DNA from: an uncultured Chloroflexia bacterium | GTDB lineage: Bacteria > Chloroflexota > Limnocylindria > Limnocylindrales > CSP1-4 | Assembly (NCBI GenBank): GCA_963763775.1 | Contig: CAVXPZ010000001.1 | Location: 1,152,001 to 1,216,000 of the forward strand | DNA: 64,000 bases | Direction: 5' to 3' | Shown here: positions 62,365 through 64,000 of the stretch, one piece after another | How positions within the stretch are numbered: the stretch's first letter is position 1 | Layout: every line of letters starts with the position of its first letter | Notes under the pieces: generated by a model | The model's input: only the letters and a program-made list of their open reading frames with translations | Database searches by the model: none | Told to the model about the DNA's origin: nothing | Position numbers and translations under genes: made by a program

Positions 62365-63687
62365 TCAGTTCGGGCGAGCCGTCCCCGGGAGCGCACCCGC
62401 CGGTCCGCGCGGAAGCTCGGCCGCCCCGGCCGAGGCCGGGCTCGCCGCAGTCGGACGGATCGGTCGATCAAGCGCCCTGCGGCGGATCCACGCGAAGGCG
62501 ACCACGCCGACGGCCAGCGAGAGGATGCCGCCGACGGCCATGGCGATCTCGATGCCCAGGCTCGAGGCGATCGCGCCCATCAGCAGCCCCCCGATCGGGG
62601 TCGAGCCCGCGAAGATCGTCGTATAGAAGCTCATGACGCGGCCGCGGAGCTGGTCCGGTGAGGAGAGCTGGAGCGTGGTGTTCGCGGTGGCGGCCATCGC
62701 GATGGCCCCGAACCCGACTCCGACCATGAGCAGCATCGACAGCGGGTAGGACCGCGAGATCGCCAGGAACACCTCGCCGATGCCGAGCATGGCCGCGCCC
62801 CACGCCATCCGCGAGGGCTTCGGGCTGCCGCCGAACGCGAGCCACAGGGCCGCGAGCAGCGAACCGACGCCCGAGGCGGCCATGAGGAACCCGTACGCCG
62901 TGGCATCGCCGCCGAGCGTCTCCTCGGTCAGGGTCGGGATGACGACGCCGAAGTTCATGCCGAACGTGCTGACGAGCCCGACGATCAGCACCGCGAGGAG
63001 GACCAGCGGTGTGCCGCGCACGTAGACGAATCCTTCGCGCAGGTAGGCGAACACGCCGTGCACGGACCGCGGGCGGTCGATGCGCGGCGAGGGCCGCAGC
63101 TCCGAGTCCCGCATCGCGAGCAGGCCGATGATCACCGCCAGGAAGCTCAGGGCGTTCACCGCGAACGCCGCAGCCACGCCGATCAGCCCGATCGTCAAGC
63201 CGGCCACAGCCGGACCGACGATGCGCGCGCCGTTGAACATCGCCGAATTGAGGGCGACGGCGTTGCCGATGTCCTCGCGATCGACCATCTCCGGCGCGAA
63301 CGACTGACGCACCGGCATGTCGACCGCGTTAGCGCAACCGAGCAGCAGGGCGAGTCCGACGATCATGGGGACGGTCACGAGACCGGTCGCGGTGAGGATG
63401 GCGAGCGTGAGGGCCAGCAGCATCATCACCGTCTGCACGACGATGAGGGTCGGGCGCTTCGGGAGGGTGTCGGCGAGGACGCCGGCGAACAGCCCGAAGA
63501 TCATCACGGGGATGAACTGCGCCGCGGCGACGACGCCGAGCCAGAGCGGGTCGTGCGTGAGCTGGAGCACCAGCCAGGCCTGCGCGACCTGCTGCATCCA
63601 GGTCCCGACCAGCGAGATCGCCTGGCCGGTGAAGAACAGTCGGTAGTTGCGGTGGGCGAAGGCGCTGACGCCTCGGGATCCGGTCAT
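62365..63687 (-). CDS. MFS transporter (MFS_3 type)
   Basis: HRNYRLFFTGQAISLVGTWMQ, NAVALNSAMFNGARIVGP, RGRVMS. Confidence 0.93.
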   Translation of the reverse strand: MTGSRGVSAFAHRNYRLFFTGQAISLVGTWMQQVAQAWLVLQLTHDPLWLGVVAAAQFIPVMIFGLFAGVLADTLPKRPTLIVVQTVMMLLALTLAILTATGLVTVPMIVGLALLLGCANAVDMPVRQSFAPEMVDREDIGNAVALNSAMFNGARIVGPAVAGLTIGLIGVAAAFAVNALSFLAVIIGLLAMRDSELRPSPRIDRPRSVHGVFAYLREGFVYVRGTPLVLLAVLIVGLVSTFGMNFGVVIPTLTEETLGGDATAYGFLMAASGVGSLLAALWLAFGGSPKPSRMAWGAAMLGIGEVFLAISRSYPLSMLLMVGVGFGAIAMAATANTTLQLSSPDQLRGRVMSFYTTIFAGSTPIGGLLMGAIASSLGIEIAMAVGGILSLAVGVVAFAWIRRRALDRPIRPTAASPASAGAAELPRGPAGALPGTARPN

Positions 63688-64000
63688 CGCTGGATCCGCT
63701 TCGGCGTCGTCGGTCGAGCTTCGGGATCCACGGGTCCCGGTGCCTCTCCGAGATCGCCGAGGTGGCGGTCGATGTGCGCCTGACGCTCCAGGGCCTCGGC
63801 GATCATCGTCGCGAGACGCTCGGCCTTGGCCTCGAGCAGCGCGATCTGGCGGTCGACGCGCTCTCGGGCTTCTTCGAAGTAGCGCCGGCGCTCGTCCGGG
63901 TCGGTCGTCTGGCGGAGCCGCTCGCGGTTGCGTTCGCGCGCGGCGTCGTCCTCGAGGAGCTGGCCGATCTGGGCAAGGCTGAACCCGGCGTCGTCGCGCA
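63684..64000 (-). CDS. MerR-family transcriptional regulator, C-terminal part (truncated by window edge)
   Basis: RDDAGFSLAQIGQLL followed by a coiled coil; stop overlaps the MFS ATG. Confidence 0.7.
   Translation of the reverse strand, partial: RDDAGFSLAQIGQLLEDDAARERNRERLRQTTDPDERRRYFEEARERVDRQIALLEAKAERLATMIAEALERQAHIDRHLGDLGEAPGPVDPEARPTTPKRIQR

Overview
A very GC-rich bacterial chromosomal segment (roughly 70% GC by eye), with about 58 protein-coding genes and no rRNA, tRNA, CRISPR array, integrase or transposase. Gene content and the many leaderless TANNNT-N5-8-start promoters suggest Chloroflexota (Limnocylindria-like) or a similar high-GC lineage; this is inference only. About 17 genes carry 1-nt frameshifts, often in G/C runs, which are most likely long-read errors rather than true pseudogenes. 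Core parts: argC-argJ-argB-argR-argG with tandem ARG boxes plus a separate argH; trxB-ABC exporter-OsmC-DUF4395 behind a CsoR-like operator; UvrD2-like helicase; adenosine deaminase; a galactoside locus (galT, DeoR, sugar ABC, GH36, GH2, MFS); exporters; an aldehyde dehydrogenase pair. The most unusual parts are: (1) a ~7 kb accessory, defence-like cluster at 1.4-8.2 kb (Cys-rich protein plus macrodomain, PH-SHOCT, MazEF-like pair, Zn-finger microprotein coupled to a NERD-helicase, J-domain protein, stand-alone TopA-type Zn-ribbon protein); (2) a ~165-nt rod hairpin crossed by an Arg-rich uORF that masks the argB RBS; (3) a 46-bp dispersed repeat, two copies of which bracket the ABC-OsmC genes as inverted repeats; (4) vapBC translationally coupled to an orphan kinase with a PtsP-like GAF domain; (5) a methyltransferase-flavoprotein-SRPBCC-FabF operon with no ACP or chain-length factor; (6) three class III cyclase-like genes. 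All product calls come from motif recognition by eye; no database searches were run.
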